Of a stretch of 64,000 bases of DNA, positions 10,450 to 18,802 are shown piece by piece. The notes below the pieces were generated by a model. It made no database searches, was not told where the DNA came from, and worked only from the letters and a program-made list of their open reading frames with translations. The position numbers were made by a program, and so were the translations under genes. The DNA comes from Pseudoxanthomonas sp. (GTDB lineage Bacteria > Pseudomonadota > Gammaproteobacteria > Xanthomonadales > Xanthomonadaceae). The first letter of the stretch is position 1. Each line of letters opens with the position of its first letter. The stretch covers positions 172,164 to 236,163 of the forward strand of contig NZ_JBQCIJ010000046.1 in NCBI RefSeq assembly GCF_051953815.1, read 5' to 3'.

Positions 10450-11691
10450 ATGAAACACCACATCCGCTGCCTGCTCGGCATTCCCTGCCTGGCCATCGCG
10501 CTGCCGGCCTTTGCCGCGTCACCGGACGATGCCGCCGGCAAGGTCATCCTGGACGCGCGCTACCGCTACGAGCAGATGGAGCAGGACAACGCGCTCGACA
10601 CCGCCAAGGCGCACACGCTGCGCACCCGCATCGGCTATCGCACGCCGCGCTGGCACGGGCTGTCGGGATTGCTTGAAATCGACGACGTGCGCCACCTGGG
10701 TACGGAGCGCTTCAACGACACCCGCAACGGTCGCGGCCGCTACAGCACCGTCGGCGATCCGGAAGGCACCGAGGTCAACCAGGCACTGCTGAGGTACACC
10801 GCTGGCTGGGGCAACGTGCAAGTGGGGCGGCAGCGCATCAACCTGTCCAACCAGCGTTTCGTTGGCGGGGTCGGTTGGCGTCAGAACGAGCAGACCTACG
10901 ACGGCGCGATGATCGAATTGACGCCCGCGCCGGCCTGGAAGCTGACCTACGCCTACCTGGACAACATCAACAGCGTGTTCGGCCCGGACGACACCCGTCC
11001 GATCAGCCGCACCGCGCCCGCCGACATCGAGGGGCACAGTCATCTGTTGCAGGCGCAGTACGCGTTCTCGCCCCATCTGACCGCGATCGGGTATCACTAC
11101 CGCCTCGGTCTGGACAATCTCGCGGTGGCGACGGGCGCGCCGCTGGGCACGCTGTCCAGCCGCACCACCGGCCTGCGCCTGCAGGGCAAGGCCGGCGCGT
11201 TCTCTTATGTTCTGGAACATGCGCGCCAGCGCGAGCTCGATGGCAATCCCTGGCAACTGGATGGCCGTTACTGGCTGGCCGAAGGTGGCTATCGCTGGCA
11301 GGCCATCCAGTGGAAGGCCGGCTACGAAGTGCTGGGCGCCGGTCGCGGCGGCGCGGGAAACCAGGCGTTCCAGACACCGCTGGCGACCAAGCACGCGTTC
11401 CAGGGCTGGGCGGATCAGTTCCTGACCACGCCGGCCGACGGCCTGCGCGATGCCTATGCGGGTGTCGTCCTTCCGCTCGCTGGCGGCGAGTGGCAGGCGT
11501 GGTACCACGATTTCCGCAGCGATCGCGGCGGCCACCGCTTCGGGCGCGAACTGGATCTGTCCTGGCGCCACGCGATTCCCGGCGTGAAGGGACTCGACGG
11601 ACTGCTCAAGCTGGCCAGCTACCGCAGCGCCGACGGCGCACGCACGGTGGATACCGACAAGTTCTGGGTGCAGGTGCAGTACAGCTACTGA
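10450..11691 (+). CDS. outer-membrane beta-barrel protein, alginate-export (AlgE)-family-like porin
   Basis: 413 aa. Signal peptide ending ALPAFA. Alternating beta-strand pattern (LDARYRYE, LRTRIGYRT) with terminal WVQVQYSY. The family assignment is by eye only. Confidence 0.55.
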   Translation: MKHHIRCLLGIPCLAIALPAFAASPDDAAGKVILDARYRYEQMEQDNALDTAKAHTLRTRIGYRTPRWHGLSGLLEIDDVRHLGTERFNDTRNGRGRYSTVGDPEGTEVNQALLRYTAGWGNVQVGRQRINLSNQRFVGGVGWRQNEQTYDGAMIELTPAPAWKLTYAYLDNINSVFGPDDTRPISRTAPADIEGHSHLLQAQYAFSPHLTAIGYHYRLGLDNLAVATGAPLGTLSSRTTGLRLQGKAGAFSYVLEHARQRELDGNPWQLDGRYWLAEGGYRWQAIQWKAGYEVLGAGRGGAGNQAFQTPLATKHAFQGWADQFLTTPADGLRDAYAGVVLPLAGGEWQAWYHDFRSDRGGHRFGRELDLSWRHAIPGVKGLDGLLKLASYRSADGARTVDTDKFWVQVQYSY

Positions 11692-11702
11692 GCGGCGCCG
11701 GC

Positions 11703-11716
11703 TTGACGTGGATCAA
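11703..11716. promoter_or_regulatory. FNR/ANR box TTGACGTGGATCAA
   Basis: 13/14 match to the consensus. Centre 65 nt upstream of the ubiD ATG (11775). A GACAAT -10-like hexamer lies at 11740-11745. Confidence 0.7.
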
Positions 11717-11774
11717 TGTGGCCCGTGGCGGGGCGTGAGGACAATGCCGCCTCCTTCCCGCCATCGGACGCGGC

Positions 11775-13331
11775 ATGCCTTTCCACGATCTGCGCGAGTT
11801 CCTGGATCATCTGGGCGGGCAGGGTGAACTGATGGGCATCGACGCGCCGGTCGATCCCGAGCTGGAAAGCACCGCCCTGAGCCTGCGCGCCCTGCGCGAG
11901 TCCGGGCCGGCGTTGCTGATGAACAACGCCGGTTCCGCACATCCGCTGCTGGGCAACCTGTTCGGCCATCGCCGCCGCATCGAGCTGGCGCTGGATGGCC
12001 GGCCGCTGACGTCGCTGCGTGAGCTCGGCGAACTGCTTGCCTGCATCAAGGAGCCGCGCTGGCCCGGCAACCTGCGCAGCGCGCTGGCCGACTGGCCGGG
12101 GCTGGCGCAACTGGCCTACGTGGCCCCGCGCGTGGTCCAGGAAGCGGCGTTCAAAGAGCAGGTGCTGGAAGGCGAGGACGTCGATCTGGGGCGGCTGCCG
12201 ATCCAGCGCTGCTGGCCGGAGGACATCGACCGCCTGATCACCTTCGGCCTCGTGATCACCCGCGGCACCCGCCAGGAACGCCAGAACGTGGCGATCTACC
12301 GGCAGCAGGTCATCGGCCGCAACCGCGTGATCATGCGCTGGCTTCCGCATCGCGGCGGCGCGCTCGACTATGCCGGCTGGCAGGCCGCACATCCCGGCAA
12401 GCCCTTTCCGGTGCTGGTGGCGATCGGCGCGGATCCGGCCACCCTGCTGGCGGCAGTCGCGCCGGTGCCGGACACGCTGTCCGAATACGAATTCGCCGGC
12501 CTGCTGAGGGCCGCACGCACGCGGGTCTGGCGCAGCGCGCTGACCGGGCTGGACGCGCCGGCGGGCGCCGAAATCCTGCTGGAAGGCTTCATCCATCCCG
12601 GCGACACCGCGCTGGAAGGGCCGTTCGGCGATCACACCGGCTACTACAACGCGCAGGCGCATTTCCCGGTGCTCACCATCGAGCGCATGCGCCTGCGCGG
12701 CGGCGCCATCTACCACGGCAGCTACATGGGGCGGGCGCCGTTCGACGAACCCTCGGTGCTGTCGATGGCGCTGAACGACATCTTCGTGCCGATCCTGCGC
12801 AAGGTGTTCCCGGAAATCGTGGACTTCTACCTGCCGCCGGAAGCGTGCTCGTACCGGGTCGCGGTGGTCAGCATCCACAAGCAGTACGCGGGACACGCGC
12901 GCAGGGTGATGATGGGCGTCTGGTCCTACCTGCGCCAGTTCACCTACACCAAGTTCGTCATCGTCACCGACGAGGACATCGACGTGCGCGACTGGTCGCA
13001 GGTGATCTGGGCGGTGTCGACCCGGGTGGATCCGGCGCGCGACAGCCTGCTGGTGGAGAACACCCCGATCGACTATCTCGATTTCGCCACCCCGGTGTCC
13101 GGGGTCGGTTCCAAGCTCGGCCTGGACGCCACCCGCAAATGGACCGGTGAAAGCGCGCGCGAATGGGGCCGGCCGATCACCCTCGATCCGCAGGTCGAGC
13201 GGCGCGTGGACACGCTGTGGCGACAGATCCGCCGGACCGTGGAAGCCGAGTCCGCACAGGGTGCCGGACCGGAAATCCCCGATGCCCGGGCGGCGCGCCG
13301 CCGGCATTCCCCCGCCTGGAGAACCCCCTGA
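11775..13331 (+). CDS. ubiD: UbiD-family decarboxylase (4-hydroxy-3-polyprenylbenzoate decarboxylase-like)
   Basis: 518 aa. Colinear with UbiD family (MPFHDLREFLDHL..., RCWPEDIDRLITFGLVITRG, NVAIYRQQVIG.NRVIMRW, EGPFGDHTGYYN, KFVIVTDEDIDVRDW). The stop overlaps the ubiU ATG by 1 nt (TGATG). Confidence 0.85.
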   Translation: MPFHDLREFLDHLGGQGELMGIDAPVDPELESTALSLRALRESGPALLMNNAGSAHPLLGNLFGHRRRIELALDGRPLTSLRELGELLACIKEPRWPGNLRSALADWPGLAQLAYVAPRVVQEAAFKEQVLEGEDVDLGRLPIQRCWPEDIDRLITFGLVITRGTRQERQNVAIYRQQVIGRNRVIMRWLPHRGGALDYAGWQAAHPGKPFPVLVAIGADPATLLAAVAPVPDTLSEYEFAGLLRAARTRVWRSALTGLDAPAGAEILLEGFIHPGDTALEGPFGDHTGYYNAQAHFPVLTIERMRLRGGAIYHGSYMGRAPFDEPSVLSMALNDIFVPILRKVFPEIVDFYLPPEACSYRVAVVSIHKQYAGHARRVMMGVWSYLRQFTYTKFVIVTDEDIDVRDWSQVIWAVSTRVDPARDSLLVENTPIDYLDFATPVSGVGSKLGLDATRKWTGESAREWGRPITLDPQVERRVDTLWRQIRRTVEAESAQGAGPEIPDARAARRRHSPAWRTP

Positions 13332-14329
13332 TGCAACTGGTATGTCCGGCCGGCAACCTGCCGGCGCTGAAGGCCGCCATCGATGCCGGCGCCGACGCGG
13401 TCTACGCGGGCTTCCGCGACCAGACCAACGCCCGCGCGTTCCCGGGGCTGAACTTCGACGACGTGGAGATGCGCGAAGGCATCGCCTATGCGCATGCGCG
13501 CGGGCGCAAGGTGTACCTGGCGCTCAACACCTATCCGGACAGCGCGCGCCTGCCGCAATGGCGGCACGCGGTGGATCAGGCCGCCGCGTTCGGCGCCGAC
13601 GCCATCATCGCCGCCGAGATGGCGGTGCTGCACTACGCCTCGGTCCGTCATCCGGATCTGGCGCGGCACCTGTCCGTGCAGGGTTCGGCGACCACCGCGG
13701 CCGCGCTGCGCTACGCGCATGAACGCTTCGGCATCTCGCGCGCGGTGCTGCCGCGGGTGCTGTCGGTGCAGCAGGTCGAGCGGTTGTGCCAGGCCTCGCC
13801 GGTGCCGCTGGAAGTATTCGCGTTCGGCAGCCTGTGCATCATGGTCGAGGGCCGCTGCCAGTTGTCCAGCTATGTCACCGGCGCCTCGCCCAACCGGCAT
13901 GGCGTGTGTTCGCCGGCCAGTTTCGTGCGCTGGGAGGAGCATGCCGACCAGGGCCGCAGCGTGCGCCTCAACGGCATGCTCATCGATCGCTTCGGCGCGA
14001 CCGAACCGGCCGGCTATCCGACCGTGTGCAAGGGCCGCTACGATGTCGGCGGCGAAATCTTCCACGCGCTGGAGGAACCCACCAGCCTCAACACCCTGGA
14101 ATTGCTGCCGCGACTGGTCGCGGCCGGCGTGGCGGCGCTGAAGATCGAGGGCCGCCAGCGTGGCGTGGCCTACGTGCGCACGGTGACCCGGGTCTGGCGC
14201 GAAGCCATCGACGCGCAGGCGCGCGAACGCGAGGACTGGCGCATGCGCGAGGACTGGCAGGCGGATCTGTCCACGCACGCCGAAGGCCAGCAGACCACCC
14301 TTGGACCGTACCACCGCGCCTGGCATTGA
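13331..14329 (+). CDS. ubiU: U32-family O2-independent ubiquinone hydroxylase subunit UbiU
   Basis: 332 aa, near-colinear with E. coli YhbU/UbiU (MQLVCPAGNLPALKAAIDAGADAVY, PLEVFAFGSLCIMVEGRCQLSSY, GVCSPA, YPTVCKGRY, EEPTSLNTLELLP, KIEGRQR). The four Fe-S Cys are present. Confidence 0.9.
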   Translation: MQLVCPAGNLPALKAAIDAGADAVYAGFRDQTNARAFPGLNFDDVEMREGIAYAHARGRKVYLALNTYPDSARLPQWRHAVDQAAAFGADAIIAAEMAVLHYASVRHPDLARHLSVQGSATTAAALRYAHERFGISRAVLPRVLSVQQVERLCQASPVPLEVFAFGSLCIMVEGRCQLSSYVTGASPNRHGVCSPASFVRWEEHADQGRSVRLNGMLIDRFGATEPAGYPTVCKGRYDVGGEIFHALEEPTSLNTLELLPRLVAAGVAALKIEGRQRGVAYVRTVTRVWREAIDAQAREREDWRMREDWQADLSTHAEGQQTTLGPYHRAWH

Positions 14330-14332
14330 ACG

Positions 14333-15220
14333 ATGAAACTCAGTCTTGGACCCCTGCAGTACTTCTGGCCGCGCGAGCGCGTGCTGTCTTTCTACCGGCA
14401 GGCCGCGCAATGGCCGCTGGACATCCTCTACCTGGGCGAGACCGTGTGCAGCAAGCGGCGCGAGCTGCGCACGCGCGACTGGCTGGCGCTGGCGGAGGAA
14501 CTGGCCGGCAGCGGCAAGCAGATCGTGCTGTCGTCGCTGGCCCTGATCGAAGCCGAGTCGGAACTGTCCACGGTCGTCCGGTTGGCGGAGAACGGCCGTT
14601 TCCTGCTGGAAGCCAACGATCTTTCCGCCGTGCAGGTCTGTCGCGAGCGTGGCCTGCCGTTCGTGGCCGGACCCACCCTCAACGTCTACAACCAGGTTGC
14701 CTTGGGTCTGCTGATCGAGGATGGGCTGGTGCGCTGGGTGCCCGGGGTGGAACAGGGACGCGAGCTGCTGCGGGATCTGCGCGCGGCGATGACAGAGCAG
14801 GGCACGCCCATGCCCGAGCTGGAAGTGCTGGCCTGGGGGCGACTGCCGCTGGCGTATTCGGCGCGCTGTTTCACCGCGCGCGCCTATGACGTGTCCAAGG
14901 ACGACTGCGGTTTCCGCTGCATCGAGCACCCCGGCGGCCTGCCGCTGGCCACCCGCGAGGGCGAGCCCTTCATGGTCATCAACGGCGTGCAGGTGCAGGG
15001 CATGGAAGTCGTCGATCTGGCGCCGGAACGCGACGAGCTGATCGCCTGTGGCGTGGACATCCTGCGGTTGTCGCCGGTGCAGGACGACATGGCGGACATG
15101 GTCGATCACTTCCGGCGCATGCTGGATGCGCCGCTGCCACCGCCGCGCCTGGGCGCGCGCAACGGCTACTGGCACGGCAAGCCGGGGCGGGCGTCGCTGG
15201 CCGCGCCCATGATCGGATGA
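14333..15220 (+). CDS. ubiV: U32-family O2-independent ubiquinone hydroxylase subunit UbiV
   Basis: 295 aa. YhbV/UbiV-like N-terminus [15 protein letters not shown]...[12 protein letters not shown] and C-terminal Cys cluster [20 protein letters not shown]. It starts 3 nt after ubiU. Confidence 0.85.
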   Translation: MKLSLGPLQYFWPRERVLSFYRQAAQWPLDILYLGETVCSKRRELRTRDWLALAEELAGSGKQIVLSSLALIEAESELSTVVRLAENGRFLLEANDLSAVQVCRERGLPFVAGPTLNVYNQVALGLLIEDGLVRWVPGVEQGRELLRDLRAAMTEQGTPMPELEVLAWGRLPLAYSARCFTARAYDVSKDDCGFRCIEHPGGLPLATREGEPFMVINGVQVQGMEVVDLAPERDELIACGVDILRLSPVQDDMADMVDHFRRMLDAPLPPPRLGARNGYWHGKPGRASLAAPMIG

Positions 15221-15280
15221 GCAGGGGACTGGCGCGGAATCCGGCGCGCCAATCTCGATTCCTGGGAGTCGATACGCCCG

Positions 15281-15364
15281 ATTCAACGCGCCCCAACTCG
15301 ACGCATCCAGTTCAACGCATCCGCTTCAACGCATCGCGTTCAGCGCGCCGGATTCACTCCGCTG
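15281..15364. repeat. six phased 14-bp tandem direct repeats (consensus nnTTCAACGCATCC)
   Basis: Units: attcaacgcgcccc / aactcgacgcatcc / agttcaacgcatcc / gcttcaacgcatcg / cgttcagcgcgccg / gattcactccgctg. They lie in exact 14-nt register and fill the convergent gap between the ubiV stop (15220) and the nadB stop (15354). Confidence 0.7.
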
Positions 15365-16805
15365 GCGCGTCACTTCGATAGTGCGCGCCGAGGCTGCGCG
15401 TGCGCGCCAGCGCCGCCCGCAGCAGGCGGCCCACCAGTTGGCCCTGCCAGCTGCCACCGATGGAGGCATCCCGGGCAAGTTCGTCCAGCGCTTCACGCAT
15501 CAGAGCGCCTTCGCGCACCGGGCCCAGCGCACGCCAGGCGAGCGCCCGCAGGCCGATCAGCGCTGCGGCGTCCGCTTCACGGCCCCGTTCGACCCAGTGC
15601 CCGCCGCCCTCCGGCACATGCCGGCGCAGGCTGCCCAGATGCTGGCCGAGGCGGCGGCCGTAGACCACGCCCTCGAGCAGCGAATTGCTGGCCAGCCGGT
15701 TGGCCCCGTGCACGCCGTTGCAGGCGGTTTCGCCCACCGCATACAGCCCTTCCACCGAGGTGCGGCCATCGAGATCGACAGCGATGCCACCCATGTGGAA
15801 ATGCGCGGCCGGCGTGACCGGAATCCGCTGGACGCGCGGATCGATGCCGTGCGCTCGGCACAGCGCGTACACGGTGGGGAACTGCAGCAGCCAGGTTTCG
15901 TGCAGGTGGGTGGCGTCCAGCCAGATGCGCCGTCCGTCCTGCTGCGCCAGCCACACCTGGCGCGCGACGACGTCACGCGGCGCGAGATCGCCCAGCGGAT
16001 GTTGCCCGGTCATGATCGCCGCGCCGTCGTCGTCGAACAGGCGCGCACCCGCGCCGCGCAGCGCTTCGGTGATCAGCGGCAGGGCGCCATGGACGGCCAC
16101 CGACAGCGCGGTGGGATGGAACTGGACGAACTCCAGGTCCCGCGCCTGCGCGCCCGCCGCGAGCGCCAGCGCCAGGCCGTTGCCGTCGGCGCCGGAAGGA
16201 TTGGTGCTGGCGGCGAACAGCGCGCCGCAGCCGCCGGTGGCCAACACCACCTCGGCGCAGTCGATCTCCTCGGGGCGCGCGTCCGCCTGCCGGCGCAGGC
16301 GCAGGCCGCTGACGCCGTGATCGCCGACGCGCAGCGCGTCCAGCATCGCCGGCGGCCGCCAGTCGATGTGCGGGGCGTTCTGCGCCGCCCGGATCAGCGC
16401 CAGCAGCAGCGACGCGCCGCTGGCATCGCCACCGGCATGGACGATGCGGTGACGACGGTGGCCGCCTTCGCGGCCGAGCAGGAAGCGGGTGCCTTCCAGG
16501 TCGAATGGTACGCCCTGCGCCTGCAGCCAGCGCACCGCCATCACCGCGTTGTCGACCAGATAGCGGACCGCGTCGTAGTCGTTGTGATCGGCGCCGGCGG
16601 CGAGGGTGTCGTGCGCGTGCGCGTCGGGGCTGTCGCCGCTGTCCAGGGCGGCGGCGATGCCACCCTGCGCCAGCGCGGTGCAGCAGTCGATGCCGGCGGG
16701 CGCGCGTCCGATCAGCAGCACCCTGCGCGGCGCGGCCGACAGCGCCGTGGCCAGGCCGGCGACGCCGCAGCCCACCACCACCAGCGGCGGCACGCCGGTG
16801 CTCAC
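15354..16805 (-). CDS. nadB: L-aspartate oxidase NadB
   Basis: 483 aa. GTG start overlapping the nadA stop (GTGA). FAD-binding VVVGCGVAGLATAL, QGGIAAAL, HPTAL, HFHMGGI and GLYAVGETACNGVHGANRLASNSLLE. The 840-aa track ORF is this gene plus out-of-frame read-through. Confidence 0.9.
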   Translation of the reverse strand: MSTGVPPLVVVGCGVAGLATALSAAPRRVLLIGRAPAGIDCCTALAQGGIAAALDSGDSPDAHAHDTLAAGADHNDYDAVRYLVDNAVMAVRWLQAQGVPFDLEGTRFLLGREGGHRRHRIVHAGGDASGASLLLALIRAAQNAPHIDWRPPAMLDALRVGDHGVSGLRLRRQADARPEEIDCAEVVLATGGCGALFAASTNPSGADGNGLALALAAGAQARDLEFVQFHPTALSVAVHGALPLITEALRGAGARLFDDDGAAIMTGQHPLGDLAPRDVVARQVWLAQQDGRRIWLDATHLHETWLLQFPTVYALCRAHGIDPRVQRIPVTPAAHFHMGGIAVDLDGRTSVEGLYAVGETACNGVHGANRLASNSLLEGVVYGRRLGQHLGSLRRHVPEGGGHWVERGREADAAALIGLRALAWRALGPVREGALMREALDELARDASIGGSWQGQLVGRLLRAALARTRSLGAHYRSDAPAE

Positions 16806-17818
16806 GCGCGTTCGCCCCGGCCCACGGCGAGCATGCGTTCCAGCGCGGCGCGCGCGCGTCCGGCCACGTCGGCGGGCACTTCGACCGGATGGCGCAGGTC
16901 GCGCAGGCAGGCGTGGATGTTCGGCAGGGTGATCCGCTTCATGTGCGGGCACAGGTTGCAGGGCTTGATGAAGTCCACGTCCGGGAAGCGATGGCGCAGG
17001 TTGTCGGCCATCGAGCATTCGGTGATCAGGGCCACGCGGCGTGGGCGCTCGCGCTCCAGCCAGGCGCCCATGGCGGTGGTGGAACCGACGAAGTCGGCTT
17101 CGCGCTGCACTTCCGGTGGACATTCCGGATGCGCGAGCAGGCGCGCGCCGAAGGTCTCGCGGGTGTGGCGCGCCTGTTGCGCGGTGAATTGTTCGTGCAC
17201 CTCGCAGCGGCCATCCCACAACACCAGTTCGACCCCGGTCCGGGCGGCGACATGGTGGCCAAGGAAGGCATCGGGCAGGAAGATCACCTTGTCGGCGTTC
17301 ATCGCCTCGACCACCCGCACCGCGTTGGCCGAGGTGCAGCAGGCATCGGATTCGGCCTTCACCGCCGCGCTGGTGTTGACGTAGCTGACCACCGGCGCGC
17401 CGGGATGGCGCGCACGCAGCGCGCGCACGTCGTCGGCGGTGATGGAGGACGCCAGCGAACAACCGGCTTCGGGATCCGGAATCAGCACCGTGCGCCGCGG
17501 CGCCAGGAGCTTCGCGGTCTCGGCCATGAAGTGGACGCCGCACAGCACGATGATGTCGGCGTCGCAGTCCGCCGCCGCCTGCGCCAGCGCCAGCGAATCG
17601 CCGGTGACGTCGGCCACCCCGTGGAAGATCTCCGGCGACTGGTAGCTGTGCGCCATGATCACCGCGCCGCGTTCGCGCTTGAGCGCCTGGATGGCGTCGA
17701 TCCATGGCAGGTGCAGCGGCCATTCCAGGCACGGCACGGTGTCGCCGACGCGCGCGGTCAGATCCGCGTAGCGCGTTTCCAGATCCGGCGTCCAGCGCGG
17801 TTGGAAGATGGCGCTCAT
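16802..17818 (-). CDS. nadA: quinolinate synthase NadA
   Basis: 338 aa with NadA blocks (VIMAHSYQSPEI, CGVHFMAETAK, CSLA, VSYVNTSAAVKA, CTSANA, HPECPPEV, STT.M, ECSM). The ATG overlaps the ubiT stop (ATGA 17815-17818). Confidence 0.9.
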   Translation of the reverse strand: MSAIFQPRWTPDLETRYADLTARVGDTVPCLEWPLHLPWIDAIQALKRERGAVIMAHSYQSPEIFHGVADVTGDSLALAQAAADCDADIIVLCGVHFMAETAKLLAPRRTVLIPDPEAGCSLASSITADDVRALRARHPGAPVVSYVNTSAAVKAESDACCTSANAVRVVEAMNADKVIFLPDAFLGHHVAARTGVELVLWDGRCEVHEQFTAQQARHTRETFGARLLAHPECPPEVQREADFVGSTTAMGAWLERERPRRVALITECSMADNLRHRFPDVDFIKPCNLCPHMKRITLPNIHACLRDLRHPVEVPADVAGRARAALERMLAVGRGERA

Positions 17819-18693
17819 GCGACCTCGCCGTGATGGACGCGGTAGGCGTGGCGTGCGTCGCGGGCCACGCGGGCACCGCGCTGGAGCAGGATGCGCGAAC
17901 CCAATGGGAAGGATTCCCACGGCAGCCGGTCCAGCAGGTTGCGCACGGTCAGCCCCAGCTCGGTGTCGCCGGTCAACATCAGCCGGCGCTGGAAGAACAG
18001 CGTATCGGCGTCCTCCAGCCGGCTGGCGAGCAGCAGCAGATCGGTCGCGCTGCCGCTGACGGTGGCCTCGGCGACGCCATCCGCCAGGCGCAGGCCATCG
18101 GCCTCCATCACCAGCACCCAGCGCAGATCGAGATCGCGCACGTCGATGCCGAGCCGGCGGCCGTTGATGGAATCCAGGATCCGCCGCACCTGCGGTGTGG
18201 CGAGGGCTGGTGCGAGCAACCGCAGCAGGAGCCGTTCGCGCATGGAGCGCGGCACGCGTGACAACCAGGGACGCAGCCGTCGCGGCGGCGGAAGCCAGCG
18301 GAGCAGGGAGGAAGTGGAGGAGTCGCCGCGCGATGACGACGTGCCGGTGGTTGCCATGGGAGGGAACGGCTCGGAAGTGAAGGTGGAAGGACGTGCCTGC
18401 CAGCGATGGGCCTCGGCGATCAGCAAGCGCATCAACCGTTCGGCGCTGGCGGGCGGAATGCCGCTGCGTCGCGCCAGCCGGCAGGCGCGTTGATGGACCT
18501 GTTGTTCGCGGAGCGGATCGGTCTGCGCCATGCCGGCGTGGCGCTTGAGCCGACCCGCCAGCCCGGCCAGCCGCTGGCGCCCGCCCAGCAGGATGATCAT
18601 GGCGTCGTCGACCCGATCGATCGCCGCCCGGGTGCCATCCAGGGCCATCCGGCTCAGCACGGGACGACGCCCGCGACGGGGCAATAGCGGCAA
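17815..18693 (-). CDS. ubiT: AroQ (chorismate-mutase type II)-like domain fused to SCP2-domain ubiquinone accessory factor UbiT
   Basis: 292 aa (alternative ATG at 18648). The N-terminal ~85 aa match the CM_2 pattern (TRAAIDRVDDAMIILLGGRQRLAGLAGRLKRH...DPLREQQV...LMRLLIAEAHRWQ). The C-terminal ~170 aa are colinear with E. coli YhbT/UbiT (IDVRDLDLRWV; SATDLLLLASRLEDADTLFFQRRLMLTGDTELGLTVRNLLD). Confidence 0.8.
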   Translation of the reverse strand: MPLLPRRGRRPVLSRMALDGTRAAIDRVDDAMIILLGGRQRLAGLAGRLKRHAGMAQTDPLREQQVHQRACRLARRSGIPPASAERLMRLLIAEAHRWQARPSTFTSEPFPPMATTGTSSSRGDSSTSSLLRWLPPPRRLRPWLSRVPRSMRERLLLRLLAPALATPQVRRILDSINGRRLGIDVRDLDLRWVLVMEADGLRLADGVAEATVSGSATDLLLLASRLEDADTLFFQRRLMLTGDTELGLTVRNLLDRLPWESFPLGSRILLQRGARVARDARHAYRVHHGEVA

Positions 18694-18788
18694 CCGGGCA
18701 AGCCCGGCATGGTCGGTGCGACAAACGGCGGCATGGCGGGCTCACCTCTGCGGTGACCCCATCCTAGGCAGCGCGGCGGGGCCTGCCA

Positions 18789-18802
18789 TTGACCCAGATC
18801 AA
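18789..18802. promoter_or_regulatory. FNR/ANR box TTGACCCAGATCAA
   Basis: 13/14 match to the consensus, ~100 nt upstream of the ubiT ATG (18693). The stop codon of the upstream membrane-protein gene (18799-18801) is embedded in the right half-site. Confidence 0.65.

Noticed and set aside
15354-17876. 840-aa ORF suggesting one giant protein across nadB and nadA
   Set aside because: Only the C-terminal 483 aa (from GTG 16805) are NadB. The upstream part is an out-of-frame reading of nadA, which is recognisable in its own frame (16802-17818).
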